From Bacteroidota bacterium (GTDB lineage Bacteria; Bacteroidota; Bacteroidia; NS11-12g; UBA955): a stretch of DNA of 64,000 bases. Shown piece by piece: positions 50,502 to 58,927 of this stretch (positions are counted from its first letter, which is position 1; every line of letters begins with the position of its first letter). A model generated the notes under the pieces. That model was not told where the DNA came from and ran no database searches. It was given only the letters and a program-made list of their open reading frames with translations. The translations under genes were made by a program, and so were the position numbers. The DNA is taken from the NCBI GenBank assembly GCA_027621365.1, contig JAQCBH010000003.1:65737-129736 (forward strand), in the 5' to 3' direction.

Positions 50502-51856
50502 TCGGGCCATTGCTTTGCTTGCTGACCTTGGCAAGCAGCTCCTGCCATTCGGAAGAGAAAGGCACAGATTCGCTGGGAGAGGTGGTGTTTTACAACGATG
50601 TAGCCGACATTATTGAGCAGAAGTGCGTGCCCTGTCATCAAGTCGATGGGGGAGCCCCCTTTGTGTTGACGAGTTATGAAGCGGTCAGCCGAAAGGCCAA
50701 AACCATTGTCGAAGTGACCCAAAATGGCATCATGCCCCCTTGGCCGGCCGATCCCAACTATCAGCATTTCATTGGAGAGCGTCTCTTGACGGAGCGAGAG
50801 AAGCAATTGATAAAAGCTTGGGTAGATCAAGGCAAGGTGAAAGGTCAAGGAGAAAGAATTCTTCAGTCAAAAAGTACAAAAGGACTAAAAAGTTCAAAGC
50901 CCGATTTGATTCTGGATATGCCCATGGTCACTCTGGGAGCGGGAGACCCAGACCGTTTCTATTTGATGCGCATTCCCGGTCTCATCGATCGGGACACCTG
51001 GGTCAAAGCCATGGAAATACGCCCGGGAGTTCGGGAGCGCTTGCACCATTTCAACGGTCATGTACTGAATTACAAACAGCGCAAATCACAGCCATGGCCA
51101 AATGGAATTCAAGAAATTACCCAAGGCGAATACGATGCTGATTTTGACCAATTGGATTTGTTGGAGGCTGATGGGTCTCGCCCAGAGCGCATTCATTCGG
51201 CTGTGAATTACCTGCCCGGCATGGAAGGGACATTGTTTCCTGATGGAATTGGAGGGTTTCGCCTTTCTCGGCAATTCGCCTTGATAGGCAATGATGTTCA
51301 CTACGGGCCCAGCGATCAAGACACCCAAGACCGCAGCCAAATTTGGATTTGGTTTGCCGATAAGGAGCCCCGCAGAAAAACGGCCGAGTTCATGCTTGGA
51401 ACCAATGGCTCTAGCGCCATCGAGCCCCCACTGCTCATTCCCGCCGGGCAAATCACCCATCACCGCACCGCCTTTCAAATCAAGGCCGATGTTTCCTTGT
51501 TGACCATCAACCCTCATATGCATTTGCTGGGTTCGAGTTTGAAGGCCTATGCCGTCAAGCCTAGCGGCGATACGGTGAATTTGATATCGATTCCGCGCTG
51601 GGATTTTCGCTGGCAGTATACCTACACCTTTACCCACATGCTGCGCATTCCTCGAGGGTCTTGGATCATCTGTGAAGCCACTTATGACAATCGGGCTAGC
51701 AATCCCAACAATCCTTATTCGCCCCCTCGAACCGTGGGAGAGCGCTTGGAATACGGGGGGGCTAGCATGCGAGCAACCGACGAAATGTTGCAGCTGATTA
51801 TCGGATATACTCCTTATCAAAAAGGCGACGATGCCCTTACTTTGCAGTTGGAATGA
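50483..51856 (+). CDS. Lipoprotein with c-type cytochrome domain and copper type II (PHM/DBM-like) monooxygenase domains
   Basis: CVPCH heme motif plus MPPW; LHH, VHY, PHMH and DEM copper-ligand pattern; WDFRWQYTY. Confidence 0.72.
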   Translation: MLHRTLIGPLLCLLTLASSSCHSEEKGTDSLGEVVFYNDVADIIEQKCVPCHQVDGGAPFVLTSYEAVSRKAKTIVEVTQNGIMPPWPADPNYQHFIGERLLTEREKQLIKAWVDQGKVKGQGERILQSKSTKGLKSSKPDLILDMPMVTLGAGDPDRFYLMRIPGLIDRDTWVKAMEIRPGVRERLHHFNGHVLNYKQRKSQPWPNGIQEITQGEYDADFDQLDLLEADGSRPERIHSAVNYLPGMEGTLFPDGIGGFRLSRQFALIGNDVHYGPSDQDTQDRSQIWIWFADKEPRRKTAEFMLGTNGSSAIEPPLLIPAGQITHHRTAFQIKADVSLLTINPHMHLLGSSLKAYAVKPSGDTVNLISIPRWDFRWQYTYTFTHMLRIPRGSWIICEATYDNRASNPNNPYSPPRTVGERLEYGGASMRATDEMLQLIIGYTPYQKGDDALTLQLE

Positions 51857-52983
51857 AATTGATATTGGTTCAGAGCAAATCAGAGATTTCAGCGTTTCAC
51901 CAGGTCTTGGACCGTGTTTACGCGAATGATTCCCAGTTCATTTACCCCCTTCGATCGGATGTGGAAGAGGTGTTTGATGCCGTCAAGAACCCAGTGCCTC
52001 ACAAAGAAGGTCGCTATCAGCGCTGGGTATTGTTGGATGCCCATGATCAACCTGTGGGGCGAATAGCCGCCTTTTACCGCGATAAAAAGGATGCCGAAGG
52101 CCATTCTATTCGCCGCGGCGGATTGGGCTTTTTCGAGTGCATAAACGATGAACATTTGGCCAGTGAGTTGTTCGATACAGCCGAGAAATGGTTGACTGAG
52201 CAAAAGGTGGTTTCCATCGATGCGCCCATCAATTTTGGCGATCGTGATAGTTTTTGGGGCTTGTTGATTTCAGCCAAGACCTATCCCAGTTACAGGGAGT
52301 CGTACAACCCCCCGTATTATCAAGCCTGGTTCGAGCAACGAGGATATGCTTTGGAAATTGAGCAAACTACCTACGAGATTACCCAGGCAACCTTCAATTT
52401 CGATCGCTTTTCGGCCATCGCATCGCGAGCCATGTCCAATCCTGACTATCGATTTGAATATTTCAAATACAGCGAATTAGAGGCTTATGCGGGTTATTTC
52501 GCTGAGGTGTATAATCTGGGTTGGGCCCACCATGAAGATTTCAAACCCATTCAGGCGGCTGATGTATACAAACGATTGAAATCCATCAAGCCGGCCATGC
52601 CAGAGAAGTTGGCCATTTTCGCCTTTGCAGGTGATCGACCCATCGGATTTTTTGTCGCCATTCTGGAAGTCAATCAAGTTTTCAAGGACTTTAATGGATC
52701 CATGAACACGTGGAATGGATTGCGCTTTTTGTGGAAGAAAGCTAGCATTGACAAAGCCAAGGGTATCGTGTTCGGGATCATTCCTGAATACCAAAACAAG
52801 GGCATTGAGACGGGTTTGATCATGCGCTGTTACGAAGCCATTCAGCACATGCCACAATTGAAAAGCATGGAATTGGCCTGGATTGGAGATTTTAACCCAA
52901 AGATGTTGAGCATGTTGCAGTCTTTGGGCGCCGAATTGACCAAGGTGCACCATACTTATCGCAAAGAAATTCCGTCTAAATAA
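51853..52983 (+). CDS. GNAT-family N-acetyltransferase (YghO-like)
   Basis: VGRIAAF, GFFECIND, YNPPYY, GIIPEYQNKG acetyl-CoA loop. Confidence 0.75.
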   Translation: MKLILVQSKSEISAFHQVLDRVYANDSQFIYPLRSDVEEVFDAVKNPVPHKEGRYQRWVLLDAHDQPVGRIAAFYRDKKDAEGHSIRRGGLGFFECINDEHLASELFDTAEKWLTEQKVVSIDAPINFGDRDSFWGLLISAKTYPSYRESYNPPYYQAWFEQRGYALEIEQTTYEITQATFNFDRFSAIASRAMSNPDYRFEYFKYSELEAYAGYFAEVYNLGWAHHEDFKPIQAADVYKRLKSIKPAMPEKLAIFAFAGDRPIGFFVAILEVNQVFKDFNGSMNTWNGLRFLWKKASIDKAKGIVFGIIPEYQNKGIETGLIMRCYEAIQHMPQLKSMELAWIGDFNPKMLSMLQSLGAELTKVHHTYRKEIPSK

Positions 52984-53060
52984 ATTTGAATTTTATTGCT
53001 TTCCTGCTATTTTTGCAATCCCGTTTAGCACAGGTGTTCGTACCGATGTAAAAACTGGAT

Positions 53061-53133
53061 GAGATCTTAGCTCAGTTGGTAGAGCACGACACTTTTAATG
53101 TTGGGGTCCTGGGTTCGAGTCCCAGAGGTCTCA
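53061..53133 (+). tRNA. tRNA-Lys(TTT)
   Basis: GAGATCTTAGCTCAGTTGGTAGAGCACGACACTTTTAATGTTGGGGTCCTGGGTTCGAGTCCCAGAGGTCTCA; CCA not encoded; TATTTTTG promoter box at 53008-53015. Confidence 0.96.
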
Positions 53134-53142
53134 CCCCCAAAG

Positions 53143-53168
53143 AAAGCCCTGATTTCAGGGCTTTTTTT
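53143..53168 (+). terminator. Intrinsic terminator after tRNA-Lys
   Basis: AAAGCCCTGA-TT-TCAGGGCTTTTTTT. Confidence 0.85.
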
Positions 53169-53201
53169 ATGTCCATTGCCCTCTGCTCGTATATTTGGGC
53201 T

Positions 53202-53963
53202 GTGTTTTTTTTCATCAGTAAACTATTGGCATTTGGACTCAAGCCTTTGTTTTGGGTAGGCATACTGATGCTGTTGGCGGTAATTCCACGGTTCAAGCGC
53301 CTTCAACGAAAGCTGCTGATAGCCGCAATCAGTGTTTTTCTCATTTGCGGGAATTCCATTCTCGTGAATGAATGGGCTTTGATATGGGAAGGTGACCCCA
53401 TTGACTGGCCGAAGAAAAGAATCAAAATGGCAGTTGTTTTAGGAGGATATTCTGAATTCGATCATGATCGAAATCAAATTACTTTAAATAAATCTGCAGA
53501 GAGGTATACGGCTGGTTTAGAGGCTTTGTCTTCACGGAAAGTAGAAAAATTGATCCTTAGTGGGGGTGCTGCTGAACTCATCAAAAAGCCCTATTTCGAG
53601 AGTTTTTACATCAGAAAATTGATGGGCAACTTTGGGCTTGATACTTCTGCAATTTTCTTTGAATGTACATCACGAAATACTTATGAGAACGGGGTTCAAA
53701 CCAAGGAAATATTGGATAGTTTGGATTTTGACGAGCCATTGCTACTAGTGACAAGTGCGTATCACATGCCTCGAGCAAAGGCTATTTTTAATAAATTGGG
53801 AATAGCTGTTATTCCACATCCTGTGCAGTTTATTGGAAACCGCAGTAGGGATTTCGACTTGCTTTCTTGGGTTATTCCCAATGGTGAATCATTTGCTGAT
53901 TTCGAAACTCTTTTGAGAGAGTTTATAGGTATAACTGTCTACAGAATAACAGGTAAACTATAG
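53202..53963 (+). CDS. YdcF/ElyC (DUF218) family protein
   Basis: VVLGG, LILSGG, SRNTYENG, LVTSAYHMPRA. Start set at GTG 53202; the longer ORF overlaps the tRNA. Confidence 0.88.
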   Translation: MFFFISKLLAFGLKPLFWVGILMLLAVIPRFKRLQRKLLIAAISVFLICGNSILVNEWALIWEGDPIDWPKKRIKMAVVLGGYSEFDHDRNQITLNKSAERYTAGLEALSSRKVEKLILSGGAAELIKKPYFESFYIRKLMGNFGLDTSAIFFECTSRNTYENGVQTKEILDSLDFDEPLLLVTSAYHMPRAKAIFNKLGIAVIPHPVQFIGNRSRDFDLLSWVIPNGESFADFETLLREFIGITVYRITGKL

Positions 53964-53983
53964 TGTCAATCTGTTGTATTGAT

Positions 53984-55426
53984 TTAGAGAGATTGTAGGG
54001 CTTTTTGTAATAGTTGATTGGTGATTTTGGGATCTGCCTTACCGCCACTTCGCTTCATGACCTCACCGACAAACAATCCTATGAGACCGGTCTTCCCGCT
54101 CTGGTAGGCCTGAACCTTATCAGGGAACTGCTCCAATACCGCTTTTACGATGCCCTCTATTTCAGAGCTATCAGTATTGGTGGCTAGATTCAAGGATTCA
54201 ACGAGCTCGCGAGCCGATGCCTTGGGATTCTCCAATAATGCAGGAAATAGCTTCTGAGAGGCTATGCTGTGGCTGATGACGCCTTCGTCAACTAGCGCAA
54301 TCAATTCGGCCAAGCTTTCTGGCGGCAGGGGAAAATCTTCCATGCCCAAAGCCTGCTCATTCAAATACCCTCGAACAGGAACGGTTACCCAGTTCGCGAC
54401 GGCTTTGTAATTGTTCTGTTGACGGCATACCGCTTCAAAGTAGAAAGCGCTGTGTTTGTCGTCAATCAATACTGAAGCATCGTATTCGCTCAATCCGTAA
54501 TCGTTGGTAAATCGGTTGAATAGTGCTCCTGGCAATTCGGGCATTTCCTGTCTAATGCGCTCAACATCTGACTGAGTCATCAAAACGGGTGGCAAGTCAG
54601 GTTCGGGGAAGTAGCGGTAATCGTTGTTCGACTCTTTCTTGCGCATGGAGAAAGTGCTCCCGTTCAATCCGTTGAAACCACGGGTTTCTTGAATGATGGC
54701 TTGGCCGGAGAGTATGCATTCTTTCTGGCGCTCAATTTCGAAATCAATGGCTCGTTTTACATTGGAAATGGAGTTCATGTTCTTGACCTCCACCTTGGTG
54801 CCGAATTCTATTTGCCCTTTGGGTCGTATGGAGATGTTGGCATCGCAGCGCAAACTTCCTTCTTCCATATTGCCATCGCAGATGTCCAAGTAGCGCACCA
54901 AGCGACGTATTTCGGTTACAAAGGCATAGGCTTCCTCTCCTGTGCGAATGTCAGGTTCAGAAACGACTTCAATCAAAGGAGTTCCGGCACGGTTATAATC
55001 GACCAGGGTATCGTACAAATCCTGATCGTGCATGCTTTTGCCTGTATCCTCTTCCATGTGAATGCGAATCAATCGAACTTGCTTGGGTTCACCATCTTTT
55101 GGTTTGAAGGGTACACGACCACCCACGCAGAGAGGGGTGTCAAATTGCGTGATTTGATACCCTTTGGGTAAATCTGCATAGAAGTAGTTTTTCCTTGCGT
55201 AGCGATTGACTTCCGTAATGGAGCAATCGAGGGCCAAGCCCATTTTAACGGCCTTCTCAATGGCCTGAATGTTGTGCTTGGGCAAGGTTCCAGGATGCCC
55301 CAGACTAATGGGACTTACTTGGTTGTTGGGCATTGCACCATACTCGGTGCTATCGCTCGAAAATGCTTTGCTGCGGGTTTGCAGCTGAATGTGGATTTCC
55401 AGTCCTATGACGGCTTCAAATTCCAT
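53984..55426 (-). CDS. gatB: Asp/Glu-tRNA amidotransferase subunit B
   Basis: VIGLEIH, RKNYFYADLPKGYQITQ, NRAGTPLIE, DYRYFPEPDLPP. Confidence 0.97.
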   Translation of the reverse strand: MEFEAVIGLEIHIQLQTRSKAFSSDSTEYGAMPNNQVSPISLGHPGTLPKHNIQAIEKAVKMGLALDCSITEVNRYARKNYFYADLPKGYQITQFDTPLCVGGRVPFKPKDGEPKQVRLIRIHMEEDTGKSMHDQDLYDTLVDYNRAGTPLIEVVSEPDIRTGEEAYAFVTEIRRLVRYLDICDGNMEEGSLRCDANISIRPKGQIEFGTKVEVKNMNSISNVKRAIDFEIERQKECILSGQAIIQETRGFNGLNGSTFSMRKKESNNDYRYFPEPDLPPVLMTQSDVERIRQEMPELPGALFNRFTNDYGLSEYDASVLIDDKHSAFYFEAVCRQQNNYKAVANWVTVPVRGYLNEQALGMEDFPLPPESLAELIALVDEGVISHSIASQKLFPALLENPKASARELVESLNLATNTDSSEIEGIVKAVLEQFPDKVQAYQSGKTGLIGLFVGEVMKRSGGKADPKITNQLLQKALQSL

Positions 55427-55531
55427 AATGAGGGATTGCCATCTTGATTCAATCAGGATGTTGTTGCAAAGGTCAGTTCTATCCTTCATTGTGGCAAGTA
55501 TTATTGACTCGCTATTGACTACTTTTGCAGC

Positions 55532-55899
55532 GGCAGTCTGTTCTATCGACTGGTTTTCGAACCAGTAGGAAAGTCCGGGCAACACAGGGCACCGTGCTTC
55601 CTAACGGGAAGGGGTGTAGCCAGCAATGGCTGCATCACAGAAAGTGTCACAGAAACAAACCGCCTCTTCGGAGGTAAGGGTGAAACAGCGGGGTAAGAGC
55701 CCACTCGTGTTGTGGTGACACAACATTGGGATAAACCTCACGGGTTGAAAGACCAAATAAACCCAGGCCAAAAGCGGCCCGCTTCGTGGCTTCGGCCAGT
55801 CTGGGAGGGTAGGTCGATGGAGCGCAATTGTGAAATTGCGCCTAGATGAATGATAGAAACTCAATTAGTTGAGTACAGAACCCGGCTTATAGGGCTGCC
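55532..55899 (+). ncRNA. rnpB: RNase P RNA (class A)
   Basis: Conserved AGGAAAGTCCGGGC, GAAAGTGTCACAGAAA, GGGTGAAA..GGGTAAGAGCCCAC and ACAGAACCCGGCTTA; ends GGCAGTC / GGCTGCC can pair as P1. Confidence 0.95.
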
Positions 55900-55992
55900 A
55901 TTTTTAAAAAAAATTTTGTTAAGGGGCTTGAAAAAGCTGCTTAACATGGTGTAAATTTGCACCCACGTTCGTCGGAAGAAGGACGTGAAAAA

Positions 55993-56065
55993 GCGAGAAT
56001 AGCTCAGTTGGTAGAGCACAACCTTGCCAAGGTTGGGGTCGCGAGTTCGAGTCTCGTTTCTCGCT
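55993..56065 (+). tRNA. tRNA-Gly(GCC)
   Basis: GCGAGAATAGCTCAGTTGGTAGAGCACAACCTTGCCAAGGTTGGGGTCGCGAGTTCGAGTCTCGTTTCTCGCT; TAAATTTG promoter box at 55952-55959. Confidence 0.97.
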
Positions 56066-56075
56066 CTAAAAGTGC

Positions 56076-56106
56076 AAAAGCCCCGGAAACGGGGCTTTTC
56101 TTTTTT
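56076..56106 (+). terminator. Intrinsic terminator after tRNA-Gly
   Basis: AAAAGCCCCG-GAAA-CGGGGCTTTTCTTTTTT. Confidence 0.85.
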
Positions 56107-56147
56107 CTAAGATTCCCCATCCGAGATCTAAGCCTTGGATTTAGGGC

Positions 56148-56173
56148 AAAAGAAAAGCCCCGTTTCCGGGGCT
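56148..56173 (-). terminator. Intrinsic terminator after gldJ (inverted copy of the tRNA-Gly terminator)
   Basis: Minus strand AGCCCCG-GAAA-CGGGGCTTTTCTTTT. Confidence 0.85.
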
Positions 56174-56200
56174 CTCCATTAAGATTTTATTGAAGGTCGA

Positions 56201-57721
56201 TTAACGACGACGCTTTGTCTTCTTGTCAATTCCAGAAGAAGGAAGACCATTGTACTTCTTCTTGCTGTTACCCACAGGAGCACCTACACGAATCATCGCA
56301 CAACGGAAGCCCAAGCTCATGGTTGATTGATTCTCGTCCAAGAAACGGCGGGTACCAGGAGAAGCCCAGTATACGCGATCGTTCCAAGCACCACCTTTGA
56401 ACACGCGAGCTTTGTTGTTGATCAAAGACGTGATTCCGTATTCGTAGGTCATTTCACCACTGTTGTAGCTTTCCTCGTCTTTAAAGCCAATGTTATCAGA
56501 CTCTTTGTAGTTGCGACGCTCAGCGTTTTCAGCTTTGGTCACATCGCGGAAGATCAAACGACCCAAAGAATCTTTCTGTTCGATGTATCCATATTGATCC
56601 AATACGACTGTTTTGAACTTGTTTCCACGGAAAGGCATGAAATCGTTCATGTCTTCCAAAGAAAGGGGACGGTAAACATCCATTACCCATTCTGAAACGT
56701 TGCCACTCATGTTGTACAAACCGTATTCATTGGGCCAGTATGAATAAACAGGAGTAGTTACGTCACCTGCGTCGTTCAATTGACCACCGGCAATACCCAT
56801 GTAATCGCCCTTGCCGCGCATTACGTTCATGCGAATCTTACCACGGTCTTTTTCGTTACCGTCTTTGATGCGAATGGTGTAATCCGTCCAAGAGTAGATT
56901 TTTTTCTGGTTAATGTTGTCAAATTCAGTTTCGCCGATGTTGGCTTGAGCGGCATATTCCCACTCAGATTCTGTAGGTAGGCGGTAATCGGGCAACAAGA
57001 TGCCGTCTTCCAACAATACCTGGTAACGCTTGCCGTCTTTCTTCTTTTTCTTGCTGTAATCGCGCAAAGGCTTCTTGCCTTTGTTCAAGAAGGAGTATTG
57101 ACCGGCCAAGTAGGCGCGCAAGTTGAAGTTGTTGTCATCCTGAGCATCGCTTACGATGTCGTATTTGACAATTCCTTCGCGGTCCAAGATCATTTCGTTC
57201 ACACGGTCTGTGCGCCATGCAGCGAATTCAGTCGCTTGACGCCAGTTTACACCAACAACGGGATAGTCTTTATAGGCAGGGTGGCGGAAGTAGTAATCAA
57301 CGAAAGGCTCGTTGAAGCTCAATTTTTGACGCCAGCACAAGGTATCAGGCAAGGCACGCTGGTACACTTCAGGGTAAGAAACGAAAGTCTTAGCCAACCA
57401 GTATACGTATTCGCGGTACAAATGATTGCTAACCTCCGTTTCATCCATGTAAAAGGAGTGAACGGTAACGGTGCGTTCTACGTTGTTGTTGTCATAAGCC
57501 AAATCAGCCTCAGTGCTACCCATGTTGAAGGCGCCGCCCTCGATGAGTACCAATCCGGGGCCAGTTTCTTGGCCTTTGTACTTGGGGTTGGCAAAACCAC
57601 CCCATTTGGGATCGTTGAAGGCTTGGCCAGTTGAACGGCTAACATCCTTCGAACCGCAAGAAGCCATTAATAAGGCAGCTCCTGCAGCGATGAACCAAGT
57701 ATTTCTCATGGTGATATTCAT
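56201..57721 (-). CDS. gldJ: Gliding motility lipoprotein GldJ (SUMF1/FGE fold)
   Basis: Lipobox MASC; SRSTG...QETGPGLVLIEGG, SFYMDETEV, PDTL.WR, YPVVGVNW.QA.EF..WRTDRVNE; near porU. Confidence 0.88.
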   Translation of the reverse strand: MNITMRNTWFIAAGAALLMASCGSKDVSRSTGQAFNDPKWGGFANPKYKGQETGPGLVLIEGGAFNMGSTEADLAYDNNNVERTVTVHSFYMDETEVSNHLYREYVYWLAKTFVSYPEVYQRALPDTLCWRQKLSFNEPFVDYYFRHPAYKDYPVVGVNWRQATEFAAWRTDRVNEMILDREGIVKYDIVSDAQDDNNFNLRAYLAGQYSFLNKGKKPLRDYSKKKKKDGKRYQVLLEDGILLPDYRLPTESEWEYAAQANIGETEFDNINQKKIYSWTDYTIRIKDGNEKDRGKIRMNVMRGKGDYMGIAGGQLNDAGDVTTPVYSYWPNEYGLYNMSGNVSEWVMDVYRPLSLEDMNDFMPFRGNKFKTVVLDQYGYIEQKDSLGRLIFRDVTKAENAERRNYKESDNIGFKDEESYNSGEMTYEYGITSLINNKARVFKGGAWNDRVYWASPGTRRFLDENQSTMSLGFRCAMIRVGAPVGNSKKKYNGLPSSGIDKKTKRRR

Positions 57722-57781
57722 GACATTCAGTGAATGTTTATAACGAGTGAATTTGGAAATTATTGCAAAAGTAGGTGAAAA

Positions 57782-58786
57782 TTAAAATTCAGGACAGTGC
57801 AAAGGCTTGAAAGGTTTGCGTCCGGGAGGAATACACCAATCCAAGGTGGCACTTACTTCATGGCTTGAAGGGATGGCGCTTCGTCCGTCACTCACAGTGA
57901 AGTCATAACTGTATCCAAATTTGAATTTGTCTTTTCTGAATCCAACCAACATCATGATGGCATCTGAGTTGCCATAGTTGCCGAAAGTCTGACGGAACCA
58001 CAAACCAGTAACCAAGGGACCTTTGTTGGCATAGAAGCCCAAATTCAACTGAGTGAAGTTGCGCTGCATCATAAACAAAGCGTTAGGAGAGAAGGTGTTG
58101 GTCTCGTAGCGGTTTTGGCTCAAAGGAATAACGGCTCCTGTGTGAACGGTGTAACGACGGGGCAAAACCTCATCAGGATTCTGGTAGAATGACCAATTGG
58201 GTTCAGTGATGTTGTGAGCGGCAGCTCCAAAGTAAAATTTGCTAGTGTACATGATCCATCCGGCGTTGAAGTTGGGATAGGTCACGCTGTTGCTAGGCTG
58301 CTGTTCTCCAGTAGGCAATACGAATCCTTGGGTAGGGAGAATCATGTCGGCAAATTTCAAACGATTGAAATCAAGACTCTTCATGACGACTCCACCTTGA
58401 AGACCGAAACGCATGAACAAACGGCCGTGGTTCAAGGGCAACAAATAACTGTAAACCCCACTGACGGCTGTTGATGTCAACAAACCTGAACCGGCGATGT
58501 CATGAAATACCATAGCACCCAATCCACCACCGATGGAAGGAACGTGCTGGTCCCACGAAAACATCAAGGAACGGAAAGTGCCGGGAAGGCTAGGCCATTG
58601 GTTGCGATAGTTCAAAGCAACACGGCCAGCAGCCATACCCATGCCACAGACAGCCGAACCTGCCAAAGCAGGGTTGGTGTATACCGGTGCGGCATAGAAT
58701 TGCGTGAGCTCGGGATCTTGGGCTTGCACTCGGGCCGCCGAGAAACTCAAAACGCTCAATAAAGCAATGCGTACAATGGTTTTCAT
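57782..58786 (-). CDS. T9SS outer-membrane protein, PorP/SprF family
   Basis: AQDP..TQFY...NPALAG, NYRNQWP, FGYSYD, SHEVS. Confidence 0.9.
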   Translation of the reverse strand: MKTIVRIALLSVLSFSAARVQAQDPELTQFYAAPVYTNPALAGSAVCGMGMAAGRVALNYRNQWPSLPGTFRSLMFSWDQHVPSIGGGLGAMVFHDIAGSGLLTSTAVSGVYSYLLPLNHGRLFMRFGLQGGVVMKSLDFNRLKFADMILPTQGFVLPTGEQQPSNSVTYPNFNAGWIMYTSKFYFGAAAHNITEPNWSFYQNPDEVLPRRYTVHTGAVIPLSQNRYETNTFSPNALFMMQRNFTQLNLGFYANKGPLVTGLWFRQTFGNYGNSDAIMMLVGFRKDKFKFGYSYDFTVSDGRSAIPSSHEVSATLDWCIPPGRKPFKPLHCPEF

Positions 58787-58927
58787 ACCTAAGAATTTCA
58801 AAACTACGAATAAAAACGCGTCTCAATCAAAAATATTTCCTCTGCCAGGGGTATAACTGACCTGAATGCGACACAGAAATGACCTCTTGAAGAATCGGCC
58901 TTCGCTTTCTTTGTGTATTTTTGAGGT

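Noticed and set aside
53061..56065. tRNA-anchored genomic island or prophage
   Set aside because: No integrase and no duplicated tRNA 3' end. The intervening genes (gatB, rnpB) are core.
55601..56193. Small ORFs 55601-55864(-) and 55957-56193(+)
   Set aside because: They overlap RNase P RNA and tRNA-Gly plus terminators, so they are artefacts.
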